Positions 14,453-64,000 of a stretch of 64,000 nt of DNA are shown in pieces. The notes under the pieces were generated by a model. That model saw nothing but the letters and a program-made list of their open reading frames with translations. It was not told the origin of the DNA and did not search any database. The translations under genes were made by a program, and so were the position numbers. Each line of letters starts with the position of its first letter. Position 1 is the stretch's first letter. The DNA is from Macrostomum lignano (Eukaryota), in NCBI GenBank assembly GCA_002269645.1, contig NIVC01001811.1, positions 496,001 to 560,000 of the forward strand, read 5' to 3'.

Positions 14453-15504
14453 GGATCTGCGGCCCCGTACTCATTAAACTCCATCAGCGCTAGGCCATTT
14501 CCGCCTGTCATAAAGCTGAATGCCGTAAGTTGAGGCCGATGTGTGGGGGACTCAGAAGCTGCTCAAGATGCAGGAAATCCTATTCTTCTGGACTGCCAGG
14601 CGTCTCGTCCACTTAGCTTTGCACGATAACTGCTCAAAGGACCCCCAGTGGAGCCCCAATTTCCTTTTTGTAGATAGCCAAAATTCTAAGAAGCTAAATA
14701 AATAATCCATAAGCCATGCAGCAGTGACTTTAATTTCGCATAGATTCATTCACTCAGTTTGCAATGCGCTGGCTTCTGAAATACGTAATTTACAGCGAGT
14801 TACAATTCGATCTTAATTAACCTGCACATTTGCACACCCAGCTTTTTTGCCTCCCTCGAACGGGTTTTTGTGAGGTTAAATAGCAGGAAATTGAGACTGG
14901 GTCAGGCCATGTGGGAATTGAGCACTGAACAGCAGTTAGCCAGCAGAAGTAATCCTGTGATTTGGCGAAAATTTTAGCATTAGAAAATTTCTTCGACGAT
15001 GGACAGTCATGGCAGGCAGCCAAGTGGCTTGCTGTACGGTCCTATATGCTATGCGGTAACGAAATTATATTGCTATGAGTATGTCTCCGATACAGGAGAA
15101 GCTCAATACGCAGGGGTTACCCGCCGGTAAGGATATTCAATCACTCTCACCATTGTTTGCCTTCCGCACGGCTCTGCTCAAGCTCCCTAACCCCCCCCCC
15201 CGAAAAACCGACGGAAAGGGCCATTGTTCACATTGTAATCTCTCTTTGTTCCTATGTATATATTGAATATATACACGTAGATACACAAAATGTGCTGCAC
15301 AACCATGTGAGCCGCTACGGGAACCGCGTAGACAAAGGCGCGCTATCTGACTGGGTTTCACCGCGTCGCTCCAACTTATTTTTATGATACCGGGATGTTT
15401 GACAGAACAGTATAATCTTGGGAAGCACAAGTCAGAGAAATATCTACGCTCGTAATTATCAAAGCTGATTTCATTTTATTGTAAGATAAATACTTATTAC
15501 TAGC

Positions 15505-15960
15505 GTCCCTGGTGCTGGCGCCCCTGGTGCGGCGCCCCTGGTGCTAAAGCCCCTGGTGCTAAAGCCCCTGGTGCTAAAGCCCCTGGTGCTAAAGCCCCTG
15601 GTGCTAAAGCCCCTGGTGCTAAAGCCCCTGGTGCTAAAGCCCCTGGTGCTAAAGCCCCTGGTGCTAAAGCCCCTGGTGCTAAAGCCCCTGGTGCTAAAGC
15701 CCCTGGTGCTAAAGCCCCTGGTGCTAAAGCCCCTGGTGCTAAAGCCCCTGGTGCTAAAGCCCCTGGTGCTAAAGCCCCTGGTGCTAAAGCCCCTGGTGCT
15801 AAAGCCCCTGGTGCTAAAGCCCCTGGTGCTAAAGCCCCTGGTGCTAAAGCCCCTGGTGCTAAAGCCCCTGGTGCTAAAGCCCCTGGTGCTAAAGCCCCTG
15901 GTGCTAAAGCCCCTGGTGCTAAAGCCCCTGGTGCTAAAGCCCCTGGTGCTAAAGCCCCCA
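15505..15960. repeat. 15-bp minisatellite (CCCCTGGTGCTAAAG), about 30 copies
   Basis: Homogeneous tandem array with degenerate first units. Confidence 0.97.
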
Positions 15961-16405
15961 GCAACCCGTTTAAAGAAGTGGCTCTCCACATGTTTGTAAC
16001 AACACAATCTCTGCCTCAAATTATACGCTGCATTCCTTGAGCCAGATGTCAAAAAACTATTCAGCTTAAACAATGTATTATTTTAATTTTCAACAGTATG
16101 CGCTTCTCCTGCTTACAATGGAGACTTCATGACAGCTCAAGTCAGCTCAGAATTAACCATTCTAAAAAATTCTAGTCTTTTTTTCTAACAGCTGCTCGTG
16201 AGATTTTGAGGGCAAGGAATTAACCTGTGCTAGCCATGTAAGACTGAGCTGAGTGAGATCTCTTTGAGAGATGCACAGGAAAAAATTGTCCCGGAGGGCT
16301 GCCGCGGCCTGTTTTGGGGCAGTCGAGGCGCAGAAGTCTGGAGATAATTAGTCGGTAGAATTGGGTCTTCTTGTCAGCCGTCAGATGCAGGGATGTCCTT
16401 TTAAT

Positions 16406-16408
<3 letters not shown>

Positions 16409-16452
<44 letters not shown>
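16409..16452. repeat. (TC)n microsatellite
   Basis: Read directly. Confidence 0.95.
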
Positions 16453-16460
<8 letters not shown>

Positions 16461-16936
16461 CTCACTAGGGCTGGACAGCGCAGCGGAGAATTTCTGCTGA
16501 AACAGCTGTAGACTGCACATTGGGAATTTTAAGCCTGCTGCTTGGCTGATGAAAACTGTTTAACTAAGATGCGAATTTATTTTAGCGAATCTTGAAAGCA
16601 ATTGTAGTTTTATTTCGACGTTTGGGTCTTTTTCACTGGAGGGCTGCAGACTCCTAAGCTCGTATAAAACTGTACTCAGACATGTATTGTACAGAATGTT
16701 GAGGAAAAGCCTACTGGCTACCGGGAAAATTGCATCAAGAAACGTCCAGTGGCTTCAAAATTTACTAAGCTCGTAGCAGTTTGGAAGAAGTTTGTAGTTT
16801 TCTAGATACATGTAGACCATATGCTGCAATCATTCGACGGTAGAGCTTCAGTAGCTAGTATGTTCTAGACCGAGTTTCTCCAATTTTCTGGGACATTATG
16901 AGTACAATGCGGGACATACTATCCGATTGTGAGTAA

Positions 16937-17404
16937 GGGGCCGCCATCAGAAACACGAAAAATCCCATCGTCGAAACAGGGCCCATCACAAGCTCGAAAA
17001 GTCCCATTGTCCAAAACTGATTCAGCAGCCACCATCACAAGCTCGAAAAGTCACATCGTCGAAAACTGATTTAGCAGCCACCATCACAAGCTCGAAAAGT
17101 CACATCGTCGAAAACTGATTTAGCAGCCACCATCACAAGCTCGAAAAGTCACATCGTCGAAAACTGATTTAGCAGCCACCATCACAAGCTCGAAAAGTCA
17201 CATCGTCGAAAACTGATTTAGCAGCCACCATCACAAGCTCGAAAAGTCACATCGTCGAAAACTGATTTATCAGCCACTATTACAAGCTCGAAAAACACAA
17301 GCTCTAACCCTAACCCGAACCCTAACCCTAACCCTTTTCGAGCTTGTGATGGTGGTTGCTAAGCTTTTCGACGATGTAACTTTTCGAGCTTGTGATGCGA
17401 CTCC
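16937..17404. mobile_element. Foldback/MITE-like element with internal 48-bp tandem repeats and a (CCCTAA)-like tract
   Basis: Left arm has tandem CACCATCACAAGCTCGAAAAGTCACATCGTCGAAAACTGATTTAGCAGC units. The right arm (17335-17404) is the reverse complement of the same unit. The centre holds TAACCCTAACCCGAACCCTAACCCTAACCC. No TSD found. Confidence 0.7.
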
Positions 17405-17760
17405 ATGAGAAGGTTAATAGGCCTGCTGCGTTCACTTTCTATTATGGCAAGCAATCATGCCATTCTGCTGACTCCTGACCACGGACAAGTATATGTACGC
17501 AAGCACACGCTTATACAAGGTGAACAGCTGCCCTGAATTTCACATTATCTGCTACTATACACATTCTGTGCTTTGAAGGTTAACCCTATTGGTTGTTAAT
17601 TCCATGACAAGTAACCAAGCCAATTTTCGGGGACGAGACCAAAATGTTCCCAGCCTTAGACCGTCACTCTTTGTATCCCTCCGCAGACTCAATATAGTCA
17701 ACAGTCGGCAGCCACTGGGCGGTAACACTCCCTACCGCTCGCTCCCGAAAGCGCTTCAAC

Positions 17761-61789
<44,029 letters not shown>

Positions 61790-62304
61790 TGAAGAGGACT
61801 ATGAGGTGGGACAGATGTAAATGACAACTGGATACGAGGGTCACTGGTGCACAGTTAAAGTATGTTAACACTTAAAAAGTGCAGCGATTCCATGACAGAT
61901 TTTCTTTAGTACATTTTCAATAAAGGGGATATTTTTAGCACCAGTGGTCCTCAATACGAGCGTAAGATATTTTAGAAGACTGAAAAATATCTGTTTAGGT
62001 GGTGCAAAACGTTTCTAAAAAAGAAAAACATTCGCATTATCAAGCAACCAGTGAAGTGTTTGTTAGTAAACTGCGTAAACACTTTTTGCTCCGTGCTTTG
62101 CTCATGCATTTTCTTTACTACTTGACAGTATTGTCCGTGGATTGGCAGCATGCGAATTTCCACCTAATCTGCTTAGAATATCGAACATTATTTTTTTTCA
62201 TTCTGGCAAAGCCAGTCCAGCTGCAGTAGGAGGATGCTACACTCGATTTTCTAAAAAATTACCTGGAGGCCGTTGAGGAATGTAAGAATTTTCGTATCGC
62301 TAGA

Positions 62305-62572
62305 GGGGTTGTAGGTTGTAGCCCAGTGGTTAGAGCGTCGGCCTCACGACTGAAAGATCGGGGGTTCGATTCCCGATCCCACTCGAACAATTTGTGTCCT
62401 TGAGCAAGACACTTAACTCTGCATTGCTGTAAAGGGTGCCAGTATTACTCGTAGATGGGGCAGTTGAGTGAGTGTTTGGAGACCCTCCAGTCCTACTGTT
62501 GCTGCGGCTGAGCTGTCGGTTGCACATCTGCCCACTAGGGCAGGCGCAATCAAGTGTTATTACAATAATTAT
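62305..62572 (+). mobile_element. tRNA-derived SINE, family A, diverged copy with internal deletions
   Basis: A and B boxes, TGTGTCCTTGAGCAAGACACTTAACTCTGCATTGC identical to the 51439 copy, and an alignable 3' region with hairpin. Confidence 0.82.
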
Positions 62573-64000
62573 CGCTGGTATATTTAGTATGTGTAAGAAA
62601 CTCAATTTAGACTACTAAGAAAAGTAGGCGAATAAAGAGTTGAATCGTAAAATCTTTCACATAGCCCGAAAAATGTCACAATAAAAGTTTGTGCACACTG
62701 AGAGTGGTGCGAGAGGACGGCTAGTCGCTGACGAAGGCATTTCTAAGAAAACCAAGCGTAGCGTTCTTGTACTGCAGTTGTCAATGGTATCAAGCGATTT
62801 TTATGCTTGGAGGAAATGAAGCTGAGCGCTCAAAATTCCTCTCTGGTGGCGTTTCAAAATATCCCGATTTAGTGAGACGAGACTAAGATTAGCAGTGTCC
62901 GCGTGTCAGACCTTTGAGCGTGTTGCTGAAGCAGCAAAAACATTCCTAAAACATGCATATATTTCAGATGCACTAAATTTATTTGATGTCATAGCTGCCT
63001 ATTTTCATAGATCTCTAAGAAGACAGTGAAGCACCGTCTTGCTTGTTTCCTTTGTTCATTTGTGCAATATTAGAATTAAAAAGATTGGCGTTCGTGGAAA
63101 TTGACACTTCGTGACCAGCAATCAATTAGCGACATGGCAAAGTGAGTACACTCAATTTTATTTTTTTACTCGGATATCCACATGTTCAGCCTCTATAGTC
63201 TAGTAAAAGTAACTTCTAAGATAAAATTATATACATTTTGTTTGACTTGAACCATATTTTCACAGTGCCATTTTTTGTGTCCAAGTCGGCATGTGATATG
63301 CGCATTCTCACTTGGGGGTCCGCTGCTGCATAAAATGCTGTATTTTTTGTAATTAAATTGTAAATGGCAACCGTGCAACTGTATTATGTAGTCACAATTT
63401 CTATGTAATTCAAACAAAAATGCCGACTAAATAAGCGCTAAAATAAATCTCGTATTTTCCAGGTGCCCCCCTCTGAAAAAAGCCACCTAAAGTGTTCTTG
63501 CCTGCAAGGTAAAGCAAAAAATGTTGACTAAATAAAATGTAGCTAATCTGATCTCAGACTCTCAGAGTGTTTTTATTTATCTGAAATGCGACCAGCTGGC
63601 TGCATGAAGCTTCTGACTGCGAAATTATCGAAATTATTACAGTATGTGTGCGTTCATTCATTCACCCCATTTTAATTCTAATAGCTAAATGGTCGATACG
63701 TTTTTACAAAAAAATTAAAGAAAACTTAATAGGAAGGACTAGCTAATTCTGTACGACTAGAACAGATCGAACAATGAAACTACCAGGTAGCTCTAAGATG
63801 TGTGTTTAATTTCTAAGCAAACTAGGACGTTTATTTTTTGCATGACACATTAAATTATAATTAAATTATCGATTTTCATACATGTGTCTAATACATACAA
63901 CTACTAAAGTTTCAAGCAATAATTACTGCATAAAACATGCATGAGCAGAAACACTTGGGCAATATAATTAAATAGAAGCAAAATTAAGGACGCGACGGGA

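Overview
Eukaryotic genomic DNA, not prokaryotic. It has spliceosomal introns, GC-rich coding exons with polyQ/polyA/polyG tracts, and roughly 30% tandem repeats by hand tally. This style is reminiscent of the flatworm Macrostomum, but the species call is inference only. Two genes can be reconstructed, both on the + strand. (1) The last two coding exons of a FoxC-like forkhead gene (1619-1847, 2895-3221); its 5' part lies outside the window. (2) A giant phospholipase C-epsilon gene, 17761-61789, modelled by hand as 26 phase-compatible coding exons (12,111 nt, about 4,036 aa). It has the usual CDC25 RasGEF-PH-EF-X/Y-C2-RA-RA core plus an apparent N-terminal extension: ankyrin repeats, an ARM-like helical region, a split REM domain and a talin-like FERM F2-F3 module. 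The gene shows a GC-AG intron, candidate alternative 5' and 3' ends, and one frame-neutral exon bracketed by inverted copies of the same 15-bp minisatellite. Also present are tRNA-derived SINEs, hAT-type MITEs, a foldback element family and about 30 distinct micro/minisatellites. Most long ORFs in the supplied track are repeat artefacts.
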